Assembly (NCBI GenBank): GCA_023255625.1
Contig: JAHFLF010000001.1
Coordinates: 431,771 to 495,770, forward strand
Reading direction: 5' to 3'
DNA: 64,000 bases
Source: Candidatus Harrisonbacteria bacterium
GTDB lineage: Bacteria; Patescibacteriota; Minisyncoccia; UBA6257; 1-14-0-10-44-23
Shown: positions 9,833 through 19,052 of the stretch, one piece after another
Position numbering within the stretch: position 1 is the stretch's first letter
Layout of the letters: the number at the start of each line of letters is the position of its first letter
Notes under the pieces: model-generated
Told to the model about the DNA's origin: nothing
The model's input: the letters and a program-made list of their open reading frames with translations, nothing else
Databases searched by the model: none
Made by a program: the position numbers and the translations under genes

Positions 9833-11347
9833 ATGATAAATCATCTGCAAAATCGGATCGGGAAACTGATCGGGGCATTTCGGGAGCGTTCTGGTATGAC
9901 GCAGGCGCAGCTTGCAAAAATTGTTGGTACGAGTCAAAGCGCTATTGCACGTATGGAGGATGGCGAGCAAAATTTTACGGTGGAAATGCTTGGGAAAATT
10001 TCCGGGGCGCTCAAGCGCGATATCATGACGCTTTCTAAAGGGACGGTTGATTTTGAAATTGAGGGCGGCAGGAAGTTGCACGGAACGGTTGTTACCAAAA
10101 CAAGCAAGAACGCTGCGGTTGGACTGCTCTGCGCCTCGCTTCTTAATAAAGGTACAACGACGCTTAAGAGCATGCCGAAGATTGAGGAGGTCAAACGGTT
10201 GATTGAGGTGCTGACGAGTATCGGCGTGGAAATAAGATGGGCTGGCGATGATTTAGAAATTCGCCCGCCGAAAAAGCTGGCGCTTGAGAAATTGAATGTC
10301 GTATCTGCGATTAAGACGCGTAGCATTATTATGTTTATCGGCCCGCTGATTCACCAATTAAAATCTTTTTCTCTGCCGCAGGTTGGGGGATGCAAGCTCG
10401 GCAGTCGCACAGTCCGCCCGCACTTTTTCGCACTGGAAAAACTCGGCGTGCAGATTGAGGCGCACAGCGACAGTTTTACGGTGAGTCATACAAAGCTTAA
10501 GCCGAATTACATTGTGCTGTACGAATCCGGCGACACCGTTACAGAAAATGTGCTGATGGCAGCCGCACTGATTCCGGGAACAACCACAATCAAATTTGCT
10601 TCGGCAAATTATCAGGTGCAGGACATGTGTCATTTTTTGCAGTTACTCGGGGTGCGCATAGAGGGGATTGGCACAACAACACTTGTGATTCACGGTGTTG
10701 CTTCTATTGATAAGGCGATTACCTATCACCCGAGCGAGGATCCGATTGAGTCCATGTTTTTCATTGCCGCCGCGGCCGTAACCAACTCGTCTATTGTTAT
10801 CAAGCGTTGCCCCATTGATTTTTTGGAGTTGGAGTTACTGAAGCTAGAAAAAATGGGTTGGAAGTTCAAGCTCTCGCCGCGGTACAAGGCGCGCAATGAC
10901 CACGCCGAGCTTGTAGATATCACGACACTGCCGAGTAAACTTGTGGCGCTGGAAGAAAAAATTGATTCGCGGCCGTTTCCTGGCATGAACATTGATAACC
11001 TGCCATTTTTTGCCGTGATTGCCACGCAGGCCGAGGGCCGCACGCTCATTCACGACTGGGTCTACGAAAAACGCGCTATCTATTATACGGAGTTAGATAA
11101 GTTGGGTGCGAATACTGTTTTAGCAGACAGCCACCGCGTGTTTATTCAGGGCAAGACTGATTTAAAAGCCGCTCAAGTCGTCTGCCCGCCGGCGCTCCGC
11201 CCCGCAACGATTATTTTGATCGGCATGCTTGCAGCAAGGGGGACTTCAATTCTGCGCAATGTGTATTCTATAAACCGCGGGTATGAGGATTTGGCGAATC
11301 GGCTCAATGAGCTGGGCGCGAAGATAAAGGTGTTGCGGGAGGCGTAA
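9833..11347 (+). CDS. murA: UDP-N-acetylglucosamine 1-carboxyvinyltransferase with N-terminal XRE-type HTH
   Basis: MTQAQLAKIVGTSQSAIARMEDG HTH, then SKNAA, GGCKLGSR (catalytic Cys), INRGYEDL. Confidence 0.93.
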   Translation: MINHLQNRIGKLIGAFRERSGMTQAQLAKIVGTSQSAIARMEDGEQNFTVEMLGKISGALKRDIMTLSKGTVDFEIEGGRKLHGTVVTKTSKNAAVGLLCASLLNKGTTTLKSMPKIEEVKRLIEVLTSIGVEIRWAGDDLEIRPPKKLALEKLNVVSAIKTRSIIMFIGPLIHQLKSFSLPQVGGCKLGSRTVRPHFFALEKLGVQIEAHSDSFTVSHTKLKPNYIVLYESGDTVTENVLMAAALIPGTTTIKFASANYQVQDMCHFLQLLGVRIEGIGTTTLVIHGVASIDKAITYHPSEDPIESMFFIAAAAVTNSSIVIKRCPIDFLELELLKLEKMGWKFKLSPRYKARNDHAELVDITTLPSKLVALEEKIDSRPFPGMNIDNLPFFAVIATQAEGRTLIHDWVYEKRAIYYTELDKLGANTVLADSHRVFIQGKTDLKAAQVVCPPALRPATIILIGMLAARGTSILRNVYSINRGYEDLANRLNELGAKIKVLREA

Positions 11348-11364
11348 TTTGATATAGTTGCTAT

Positions 11365-11799
11365 ATGAGTGGAGATTCATTAGATAAAAATTTGGGAAAT
11401 TCTGCGCCGCAACCTACGCCGGCGAAAGAGGCGGGTCCAGCGGAAAGGGCATCCCTTGAAATGCCACTTAGAACGATAGAGGGTGGTGGCGACTATAGTT
11501 TGGATTTTGCCTCTGACGAGGCCGCAGCAGAATTCGTCCGGGCATTTTGGGCACAAGTTGATAGTATTAGAGCTGCGCCGCCGGGTTCACAGATGCATGT
11601 GACAACTTATTTAAACAGTGGGATGTTTCTTCCGCTCAGGGAAATAACCGTAGGTTGTAGGACTGATACAGTAAGAACGACGGATGATAACGGCAGGACT
11701 CTGCGAAGAGTTATCGTTTGGAGCAATGGTACCAGAGGTGGATTGCAGCCATACGGAGTACAGGCGCTAAGAAATTTAGGCATAGAGGTTAAGAAGTAG
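11365..11799 (+). CDS. hypothetical protein
   Basis: 144-aa ORF packed between murA and the LMW phosphatase gene. Confidence 0.65.
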   Translation: MSGDSLDKNLGNSAPQPTPAKEAGPAERASLEMPLRTIEGGGDYSLDFASDEAAAEFVRAFWAQVDSIRAAPPGSQMHVTTYLNSGMFLPLREITVGCRTDTVRTTDDNGRTLRRVIVWSNGTRGGLQPYGVQALRNLGIEVKK

Positions 11800-11805
11800 G
11801 TTTTT

Positions 11806-12225
11806 ATGAAAGTCTTATTTGTCTGTTGGGGAAATTCTGGGCGCAGCCAGTTCGCGGAAGCGTTTTTTGAAAAATTATCTTCTCGCCATCAGGTGAAAAG
11901 TGCCGGCACAAATGCTGATGAGCGCACCAAGCATTTCGGAACTGATCATGTGCCGGACATTGTTGCTGATGTTATGAACGAGGTCGGCGTTGACATGAGT
12001 GCGAAGCGCCGCAAGCAGCTGACAAAAGAGATGGCGGATGAGGCGGATATTATTATTGGAATTATTGATACACAGTTTTTGCCTGATTACATTTTGAAGT
12101 CGCCAAAATTTAGGCACTGGGATATACCTGATCCAAAAGGAACTGACGCAGCTTTTCATCGGAAGGTGCGTGACCAAGTCAAAAAGGAGGTTGAGAAATT
12201 GGCCCGTGAGATTGAGCGCGTGTGA
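11806..12225 (+). CDS. low-molecular-weight protein tyrosine phosphatase / ArsC family
   Basis: VLFVCWGNSGRSQFAE, SAGT, WDIPDP. Confidence 0.88.
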   Translation: MKVLFVCWGNSGRSQFAEAFFEKLSSRHQVKSAGTNADERTKHFGTDHVPDIVADVMNEVGVDMSAKRRKQLTKEMADEADIIIGIIDTQFLPDYILKSPKFRHWDIPDPKGTDAAFHRKVRDQVKKEVEKLAREIERV

Positions 12226-12239
12226 TGTTGCAATCTTCC

Positions 12240-12277
12240 CAGTATACTAAACCGACGGCCGTCGGTTTAGTATACTG
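12240..12277. repeat. 38-bp perfect palindrome (terminator-like)
   Basis: cagtatactaaaccgacggccgtcggtttagtatactg. Confidence 0.7.
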
Positions 12278-12354
12278 TGGCAGCCTGTGAGGCGCGGACT
12301 GATGCGGGTTGATTTTGTATTTTGTGGCTGGTTTTGCTAGGATACCAGCACTTA

Positions 12355-12433
12355 ATCGTGTATCGTATATCGTGTAACGCGAATCAGGATTCTGTTCCTA
12401 GCGCTACACGCTACACGCTACACGCTACACGAC
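12355..12433. repeat. inverted heptamer array upstream of mreB
   Basis: atcgtgt-atcgtat-atcgtgt facing (gctacac)x4. Confidence 0.7.
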
Positions 12434-12437
12434 TATC

Positions 12438-13445
12438 ATGTTCATCCGCCGTATTGGAATTGATTTAGGCACCGCCAACACAATCGTGTTTGTGCCGGGC
12501 AAGGGGTTTGTGGTTAACGAGCCCACTATTGTCGCGCTCGGGCAACCGGATAATAAAGTTTTGGCGGTTGGAGCCGAGGCCAAAAATATGATTGGACGGA
12601 CACCAGCGGACATTATTGCGTATAAGCCGCTTAAAGATGGCGTCATTGCCGACTACTATATAACCAAGGCGATGCTTCGGTATTTTATCAGCAAAGCGAT
12701 TGGGCCGTGGAACATTATCAAACCCGATGTGGTTATCTCTGTGCCGGCCGGTATTACGCAAAACGAACGGCGCGCAGTGAATAATGCAACACGCGAGGCC
12801 GGCGCAAAAAATGTATATATTGTGCGCGAGCCGATTTTGGCGGCGCTTGGTGCGGATATTCCGATAAATTCGCACTCAGGCAACATGATCATCAACATTG
12901 GCGGCGGCACAAGCGAGGTGGCGGTTGTCTCGCTCGGCTCTATTGTCAGTTGGGCGAGCGCGCGCATCGCCGGCAACAAGTTTGATGCGGCCATCATGGA
13001 GTTTATTAAGAAAAAGTTTTCAGTCTATATTGGCGAGCAGACGGCTGAACAGGTAAAGATTGAGATTGGTTCGGCGCTCCCTATGAAGGAGAAGCTCTCA
13101 ATGAAGGTGCGTGGTCGCGATGCCTCGTCGGGGTTGCCAAAAGATATTACGGTTAATAGCAACGAAATTGCAGAGGCACTCAATCCGCTTCTTATTGATG
13201 TTGCGCAGAATGTGCAGACGGTTTTTAACGCAACTCCGCCGGAGTTGGTTGCTGATATTATGGAAAAAGGAATTATGATTTCTGGTGGCGGAGCGCATCT
13301 GCGAAACATTGATGAGTTTTTTAAACGCATGACCGGTGTCAGCTGCTATATCTCCGAGGAGCCGCTGTTTTGTGTGGCAAAGGGAACGGGATTAATTTTG
13401 GAGCATTTGGAGGTGTATAAGAGGACTTTGCTGAACAAGAGATAG
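12438..13445 (+). CDS. mreB: rod shape-determining protein MreB (paralog 1)
   Basis: IGIDLGTANT, PLKDGVIAD, NIGGGTSE, SGGGA. Confidence 0.95.
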   Translation: MFIRRIGIDLGTANTIVFVPGKGFVVNEPTIVALGQPDNKVLAVGAEAKNMIGRTPADIIAYKPLKDGVIADYYITKAMLRYFISKAIGPWNIIKPDVVISVPAGITQNERRAVNNATREAGAKNVYIVREPILAALGADIPINSHSGNMIINIGGGTSEVAVVSLGSIVSWASARIAGNKFDAAIMEFIKKKFSVYIGEQTAEQVKIEIGSALPMKEKLSMKVRGRDASSGLPKDITVNSNEIAEALNPLLIDVAQNVQTVFNATPPELVADIMEKGIMISGGGAHLRNIDEFFKRMTGVSCYISEEPLFCVAKGTGLILEHLEVYKRTLLNKR

Positions 13446-13453
13446 CGTTTGTG

Positions 13454-13572
13454 TGCCCGTGCGCGATTATGTGAAGACGGCACCGGGCATATTTTTCTGG
13501 TGAAAAATCGGTCTATACTCTCGCGCCGTCGCGCTGCGAGAATTGCCGCTATCACATAATCGCGCACGGGCA
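13454..13572 (+). repeat. variable-arm palindrome, family A (AGACGGCAC...TTGCCGCTA core), copy 1
   Basis: 21-bp perfect arms tgcccgtgcgcgattatgtga around a 77-nt core nearly identical to 35663-35739. Confidence 0.9.
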
Positions 13573-13626
13573 GTTCTGCAATTTTGTTGTTAAAAATAAG
13601 TTTTTGGGGAGGAGGTGAGGGGAGGG

Positions 13627-13668
13627 GAAAAAAGAACGGCCCCGCGCGACGATGTCGCGCGGGGTTCG
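13627..13668 (-). terminator. intrinsic terminator of the small minus-strand cassette
   Basis: ccccgcgcgac..gtcgcgcgggg followed by a T-run on the minus strand. Confidence 0.75.
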
Positions 13669-13757
13669 TCCGCTGCAGAAGCGCTTCTGCGCACCCACCA
13701 CTTTTACGGCTCTAGCCGCAGGGCTCGGTGGCTCCCTTCAGATATATTCGCTCCGGG

Positions 13758-13910
13758 CTAGTACTCGGGCTCTGCCGCGAGTTCCGCGCGGAACTCGTCG
13801 TAGCACGGTTTGCATGCCTGGCCGGGCTCTTCCCCTCGTACCGACGAGGGGATTCGGTATCCTCCCTCGCCAGGAGGGATGTCGTGACCGCAGAAATCGC
13901 ACTTCTCCAT
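13758..13910 (-). CDS. 50-aa CxxC...CxxC zinc-finger-like small protein (not in ORF track)
   Basis: MEKCDFCGHDIPPGEGGYRIPSSVRGEEPGQACKPCYDEFRAELAAEPEY*, GGAGGAG SD, consensus promoter upstream. Confidence 0.75.
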   Translation of the reverse strand: MEKCDFCGHDIPPGEGGYRIPSSVRGEEPGQACKPCYDEFRAELAAEPEY

Positions 13911-13950
13911 GGGCTCCTCCATTTCCGAGTGAGTTGCTCGGAATATTTAT

Positions 13951-13979
13951 ATTATAGCATTAAAATATATAATTGTCAA
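13951..13979 (-). promoter_or_regulatory. consensus sigma70 promoter
   Basis: TTGACA-17 bp-TATAAT with TG extended -10 on the minus strand. Confidence 0.85.
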
Positions 13980-14015
13980 TATCCATTCAGCCCATAAATC
14001 CTGTATTATTCAAAC

Positions 14016-14801
14016 ATGGCGACCATTGCTTCACTAGAAAGAGATTTTAAAAATCTCGTTAAACATGAGGCGCTTGCGCAGGCGTATGTTTTGCATGGGC
14101 CGGGCGGGGCGGTGCAGTTTGAGTTTGCAAAGGGGCTGGCATATTTTTTAGAAACCGGAGACTGGGCTGGTCCAACTAACCAACTAACTAAGCAACCAAC
14201 TAACCAAATTTTGTTGGATGCAAAATTTGTTGACGGCACCGCGCAGGATTTGGGAGTTGATGTGACTCGTGAGTTTAGTGAATTTTTATATCGCCAGCCG
14301 GTGGCAAGTCCACGCAGGACACTGGTGATTAACAGCGCGGCTGAATTTACCGACCGGGCGCAGAATGCAATTTTAAAGATTGTTGAGGAGCCGCCAAGTC
14401 ATGCGCTGATTATTCTGACAGTTCGCGATGTGAATTCGCTGCTGCCGGCGCTGCGGTCGCGGTTGCAGAAGGTGTGGGTGGCTGCAAGCGGCACGCTGCA
14501 AGAATCAAGCGAGGAGAGGCGAGCCAATGAATTAGTTGAGCAGTTTTTTCTCTCTGCGCCTGGCGAGCGAAGTAAATTAGTGAAAGCACTGATTGACGAG
14601 GATAAAGAACTGAAAGAAAAAGAAATAAAAAGCGAGCAAATTGCAGATCACTTCGTGCGTGCGCTGATTGTCGAACTTGCCAAAAAGCCGGAGCAGAATT
14701 GGCAGGCGCTCAAGGAGTTATTAAAGCGCCAGACGGCCATGGGGGATTACACGACGAGCCGGAAGTTGCAGCTGGAGGCCGCGCTTCAGTATTTGAAATA
14801 A
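14016..14801 (+). CDS. holB: DNA polymerase III delta' subunit-like protein
   Basis: AQAYVLHGP, AQNAILKIVEEPP, LLPALRSRL. Confidence 0.85.
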   Translation: MATIASLERDFKNLVKHEALAQAYVLHGPGGAVQFEFAKGLAYFLETGDWAGPTNQLTKQPTNQILLDAKFVDGTAQDLGVDVTREFSEFLYRQPVASPRRTLVINSAAEFTDRAQNAILKIVEEPPSHALIILTVRDVNSLLPALRSRLQKVWVAASGTLQESSEERRANELVEQFFLSAPGERSKLVKALIDEDKELKEKEIKSEQIADHFVRALIVELAKKPEQNWQALKELLKRQTAMGDYTTSRKLQLEAALQYLK

Positions 14802-14805
14802 GCAA

Positions 14806-14913
14806 CGATGCGAATATACTAATGTACAAATGATACGAATGTATACAAATGTTTCCGTTCCCTGTATATTCGTATTATTAGTATAATTTGTACGAATTTG
14901 TATATTTGCATCG
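14806..14913. repeat. gene-less inverted array of ~9-mer TACGAAT-type repeats
   Basis: cgatgcgaatatac ... gtatatttgcatcg with internal tacaaat/tacgaat versus attcgta/atttgta units. Confidence 0.75.
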
Positions 14914-14923
14914 CGCACTCATT

Positions 14924-15475
14924 ATGGATTCCATCCTCAAGGATTTTGAAAAGTCAGTCGCGGCAATACTTTCGGCTCTTTCCGGCGAGCTTGGTTCGGT
15001 GCGCACAAGCCGGCCGAGCCCGCAGCTGATTGAGGATTTGAAAATTGATTACATGGGGACTTTGATGGCCGTGAAGCAGCTTGGTTCAATCAGCATCATC
15101 CCGCCGCGGGAGATGGCGATTAGTTTGTGGGATGCCAGCGGCGTAACAATAGTTGCCAAGGCGCTGGAGGATGCAAAGCGGGGATTTACAGTTTCGGTGC
15201 GGGGCGGAGCAATCTATATTGCTTTGCCGCCACTTTCCCAGGAACGGCGCGATGAGATGAGCAAACTGGCAAAAAGTATAGCCGAGATATATCGGATTAA
15301 AATCCGCGGTGCTCGGGAATCGGCGAACAAGCAACTACAAGTGGGCAAGCAGGCAAAGACTTTGACTGAAGACATGGAGACGCGTGGCAAGAAAAAAGTT
15401 CAGGAGGTTACCGAGAAGGCAAACAAGGATATTGAAGCAGCAGTTGAGAAAAAAGTTAGGGAGATTGCTGAATAA
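14924..15475 (+). CDS. frr: ribosome recycling factor
   Basis: VRTSRPSP, LPPLSQERR, IRGARE; start at MDSILK. Confidence 0.92.
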   Translation: MDSILKDFEKSVAAILSALSGELGSVRTSRPSPQLIEDLKIDYMGTLMAVKQLGSISIIPPREMAISLWDASGVTIVAKALEDAKRGFTVSVRGGAIYIALPPLSQERRDEMSKLAKSIAEIYRIKIRGARESANKQLQVGKQAKTLTEDMETRGKKKVQEVTEKANKDIEAAVEKKVREIAE

Positions 15476-15476
15476 T

Positions 15477-15782
15477 ATGAGCAAGACGCCAGAGGAGACA
15501 CTGTCAGGGCCAGCAGAGGTTATCAAGAGAGGTTTGACTGATGCAAAGACCGGCCTTGGGCAGATTGAGGTAGAACGGGGGAATGTTGTTGGCACGGCTC
15601 TTGCTGCTCTGCAGCTTGCACGCGATATGATCCCGACTGATGATGCTGATTTACGCGCACGCATTGATACTATTGTGAGTATGAATGATTCCAGGCAGCG
15701 CGCAGCCGAGCCCATAAAAGACGAGGTGGTTGAGACTGTCCGCGGCTTGATTGACGAAGTTCTTGGTAAGTTGCAGGGTTAG
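15477..15782 (+). CDS. hypothetical protein
   Basis: ATG immediately after the frr stop (MSKTPEET...). Confidence 0.6.
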   Translation: MSKTPEETLSGPAEVIKRGLTDAKTGLGQIEVERGNVVGTALAALQLARDMIPTDDADLRARIDTIVSMNDSRQRAAEPIKDEVVETVRGLIDEVLGKLQG

Positions 15783-15793
15783 ACATTTTACTT

Positions 15794-16840
15794 ATGATCA
15801 CCGGCATCATTTTATTTATTGGCATCTCATTACTTATCCTCGTTCACGAGCTCGGGCATTTTTTGAGTGCGAAGCAAGCGGGGATTAAAGTTGAAGAGTT
15901 TGGGTTTGGTTTTCCGCCGCGGATAAAAGGATGGCGACGCGGTGAGACGCTCTATAGTTTGAATTGGTTGCCATTTGGCGGGTTTGTGCGGATTTATGGC
16001 GAGAGTAAACATAAGCAAGAATTGATCGCGCAGGAGACGGGGGAAGTTATAGAAATAAAACGAACTTTTTTTGCGCAATCAGTGTGGCGGCGTTTCGTGG
16101 TTATTGCCGCCGGCATTGCGATTAATTTTATTGCCGGCTGGCTGCTGCTTTCCGCGGTTTATATGATCGGAGACTGGGTGCGAGTTGAGATAACCGAGGT
16201 GCAACCGGGAAGTCCGGCGGCTTTGATTGACCTGCGCGAGGGGGATGCACTCACGCAGTTTACGGTGGCTGATGAGTTTGTCGCTTTCACAAAAGCGCAT
16301 AAGGGCGAGACGGTGAAAGTTGAAATTTTGCGCGACGGGATTTCTCTACAGAAGCAAGTGACGCTTCGGGCGCAACCAAAAGAGGGCGAGGGCGCGCTCG
16401 GTGCTGCGGTTTCTGACTTTGGTTTTCCGCGGCTGGGATTTGGCCGGGCGCTCGTAAAAGGATTTTCTGATTCAGTCGGTATGCTGGCTGATATTTTTCG
16501 TGCGCTTGGCAATCTGGTTGGTCAGATTTTTAGTCATGGAACATTGCCGGGCGATGTTGTTGGGCCGGTTGGTATCTTCAGCATGGCGGGGGAGTTTGGC
16601 AAACTTGGTTTTGTGTATGTGATTCAGGTGCTTGCCATGATCTCGCTCAACCTTGCCGCTCTTAACGCCTTACCGATTCCTGCGCTTGATGGCGGTCGTA
16701 TTCTTTTTCTAATTATAGAAAAAATAAAGGGCTCACCGATTGCGCCCAAGCGTGAGTTTTTCGCAAACATTATCAGCTTCGGCCTTTTAATTATTCTGAT
16801 GATTTTTATTACCGGACGAGATATAGTGCGACTGTTCTAA
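15794..16840 (+). CDS. rseP: RseP-like site-2 (M50) metalloprotease with PDZ domain
   Basis: HELGH, FGFGFPP, LPFGGFV, NALPIPALDGGR. Confidence 0.93.
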   Translation: MITGIILFIGISLLILVHELGHFLSAKQAGIKVEEFGFGFPPRIKGWRRGETLYSLNWLPFGGFVRIYGESKHKQELIAQETGEVIEIKRTFFAQSVWRRFVVIAAGIAINFIAGWLLLSAVYMIGDWVRVEITEVQPGSPAALIDLREGDALTQFTVADEFVAFTKAHKGETVKVEILRDGISLQKQVTLRAQPKEGEGALGAAVSDFGFPRLGFGRALVKGFSDSVGMLADIFRALGNLVGQIFSHGTLPGDVVGPVGIFSMAGEFGKLGFVYVIQVLAMISLNLAALNALPIPALDGGRILFLIIEKIKGSPIAPKREFFANIISFGLLIILMIFITGRDIVRLF

Positions 16841-16858
16841 AATACGATTCATTTAATT

Positions 16859-16908
16859 ATTTCTGACTATGTTACAGTGTACTAGTACACTGTAACATAG
16901 TCAGAAAT
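16859..16908. repeat. 50-bp perfect palindrome
   Basis: atttctgactatgttacagtgtactagtacactgtaacatagtcagaaat. Confidence 0.75.
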
Positions 16909-17097
16909 CAAAGACCGAAATGATGAGAGAGTAGAGAGGCGTGGAAAAGAATAATTTTGTTTCATAAAAATAGTGCGAGCCGTCCCAAGTTCATCGGGAC
17001 GGCTCGGCGGTTGCGCCCGTTGGTTCGTCACGGCTTGACGGGTCGGGCGATGGCACGCCAGAAGCTCCTGGGGCCGCACTTCGGCGGACGCCGCGAA

Positions 17098-17262
17098 TCA
17101 CTTCACCTCCGTGCCGGCTGGGGTCGCGATACCGGCGTGGGGTGTCTTGGGGCGCGCCGCAACGCTTACCCAGATCACGATCGCGAGTAGAACGATCACG
17201 ACCACTCCCTGAACCCAGTCTCCAGACTCCGGTTCATGGTCTTCGATTTGGACCGGGTCCAT
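17098..17262 (-). CDS. 54-aa single-TM small protein (not in ORF track)
   Basis: MDPVQIEDHEPESGDWVQGVVVIVLLAIVIWVSVAARPKTPHAGIATPAGTEVK*; TTGACT promoter-like site upstream and gagccgtccc hairpin plus T-run downstream. Confidence 0.55.
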   Translation of the reverse strand: MDPVQIEDHEPESGDWVQGVVVIVLLAIVIWVSVAARPKTPHAGIATPAGTEVK

Positions 17263-17404
17263 TTTCGTATACGCCGATTTCTCGACGCCTCCATATTGCC
17301 GCTGGGCGGGTTTGCCCAGTTTTTAAACTTTATACTGAAATTTTGAAAAGTCAATATTCGTATTTATTTCGGAAGTCTTATACAATAAGATTCTGGATTC
17401 AGGG

Positions 17405-17518
17405 TGAGATTCTTCGCTTTGATCAGAATGACGGACAGGGGATGGATTGCCACGGTGGGATAGACTCCCGCCCATTACTATGGGCGAGGCTCGCCCCAAA
17501 GGGGCGGCGCAATGACAG
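17405..17518. repeat. RPE-like elements (GAGATTCTTCGC...AGAATGAC; GGATTGCCACG...GCAATGAC)
   Basis: two adjacent modules ending in AATGAC, with internal GC hairpins, upstream of proS. Confidence 0.55.
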
Positions 17519-17527
17519 ACTGAAAAT

Positions 17528-18781
17528 ATGAAACAAAGCCAGCTATTTACAAAAACTCGCAGAGAGCCACCAAGCGATGAGGTCGCAAAAAACGCGCAGC
17601 TTTTGATTCGTGCCGGATATATTCACAAAGAGATGGCGGGAGTGTACGCGTACCTTCCTTTGGGTTTGCGCGTTCTGAATAATGTTTCCAGAATTATTCG
17701 CGAAGAGATGAATGCCATCGGCGGCATTGAGATTCAGATGACCGCGCTGCAGGACAAAGAGAAGTGGGTCAAGAGTAATCGGTGGGATGACGCCGTGGTT
17801 GATGTATGGTTTAAGACTGCGCTCAAAAATGATGCTCAACTTGGTCTTGGTTTCACGCACGACGAAGCGCTGATTGATATTTTGAAAAATTATATTGCCT
17901 CGTACAAAGACCTGCCCCGGTATATTTATCAGATCCAGACAAAATTTCGCAATGAACTGCGTTCCAAAAGCGGCATTATGCGCGGACGCGAGTTTTTGAT
18001 GAAAGATCTGTATTCTTTTACTCGCACACAGCAGGAGCTTGATGCATTTTATGAAAAGGTCCAGCGGGCGTATCACAATGTGTTTCGCCGTTGCGGTATC
18101 GGCGACTCCACCTATCTTACATTCTCAAGCGGAGGAACATTCAGCCAGTTTTCGCATGAGTTCCAAACTATTTCTGATGCAGGCGAGGATGTTATTTATG
18201 TTGATCAGGCAAAAAAGATTGCTGTGAATAAAGATGTACTGAATGACGAGGTGCTTAAAGGTTTGGGGCTTACACGATCTAACCTGGTTGAAAAAAAGGC
18301 AATTGAAGTTGGCAATATTTTTCGGCAGGGAACTCGTTTTACCGATGCGCTTGGCGTGTATTACGCTGACGAAAAAGGTGAGCGGCAGTCTTTATATATG
18401 GGCGGGTATGGGATTGGCGTGAGTCGTGTTGTTGGCACTATCGTTGAGGTGCTGGCTGATGACAAAGGATTAGTTTGGCCCAAAGAGGTGGCGCCATTTG
18501 CGGTGCACCTTATCGCAATCGCGGGGAAAAGCGGAGAGAAGGTCAGTGCTGCCGCCGATAATTTGTACGCTGATTTAGAGAAAGCCGGCGTTGAGGTTTT
18601 GTATGATGATCGCGATGTTTCGGCCGGCGGAAAATTAGCGGATGCTGATCTGATTGGTATTCCGACGCGCATTGTTATTTCTGAAAAGACCCTAGAAAAA
18701 GATTCTGTAGAGGTTAAAGAGCGGGCGAGCGGAGAGACGAAGATGGTGGCGCTTTCAGTTGCGATAGATCATTTTGCTTAG
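17528..18781 (+). CDS. proS: proline--tRNA ligase (short form, no editing domain)
   Basis: LLIRAGYI, GVYAYLPLG, KFRNELR, RGREFLMKDLYSF, GGYGIG, anticodon-binding domain. Confidence 0.96.
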   Translation: MKQSQLFTKTRREPPSDEVAKNAQLLIRAGYIHKEMAGVYAYLPLGLRVLNNVSRIIREEMNAIGGIEIQMTALQDKEKWVKSNRWDDAVVDVWFKTALKNDAQLGLGFTHDEALIDILKNYIASYKDLPRYIYQIQTKFRNELRSKSGIMRGREFLMKDLYSFTRTQQELDAFYEKVQRAYHNVFRRCGIGDSTYLTFSSGGTFSQFSHEFQTISDAGEDVIYVDQAKKIAVNKDVLNDEVLKGLGLTRSNLVEKKAIEVGNIFRQGTRFTDALGVYYADEKGERQSLYMGGYGIGVSRVVGTIVEVLADDKGLVWPKEVAPFAVHLIAIAGKSGEKVSAAADNLYADLEKAGVEVLYDDRDVSAGGKLADADLIGIPTRIVISEKTLEKDSVEVKERASGETKMVALSVAIDHFA

Positions 18782-18853
18782 CGGTTGGCCATATATTTTT
18801 ACAGCCGGGCTCATCGCAAGCGAATGGCTGTAAAAATATATGGCCAACCGCTA
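18779..18853 (+). repeat. variable-arm palindrome, family B, copy 2
   Basis: 28-bp arms starting on the proS stop codon; loop GGGCTCA-TCGCAAGCGA-AT. Confidence 0.85.
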
Positions 18854-18860
18854 CCTTTGG

Positions 18861-18941
18861 TTTAGAATTCCGCAGTTTGTGTTTTTGCGGCCGGGCTCAT
18901 CCTTCGGAATGGCCGAAAAACACAAACTGCGGAATTCTAAA
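18861..18941 (+). repeat. variable-arm palindrome, family B, copy 3
   Basis: ~31-bp arms; loop GGGCTCA-TCC-TTC-GGA-AT. Confidence 0.85.
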
Positions 18942-19052
18942 ATCTGCTTGCGCGCTTATTTTGTTTGGTATATAAAGAAACTGTTGGCTACCATCAAGTT
19001 CTGTCTGGTGACAGAGGGAGGTGGGGCTACATTTCAGGAGATGGAGGATTTG

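Noticed and set aside
13475-13551. Hammerhead or hairpin ribozyme in the family A core
   Set aside because: CTGGTGA/CTGCTGA departs from CUGANGA and is simply the loop of an ATTTTTC/GAAAAAT stem. The other catalytic motifs are not correctly placed.
18840-19052. N-terminal extension of the Crp/Fnr ORF (and similar extensions on frr 14888, trpS 1254, Fic 51516)
   Set aside because: These are open frames through palindromes or promoter DNA. Better starts lie downstream.
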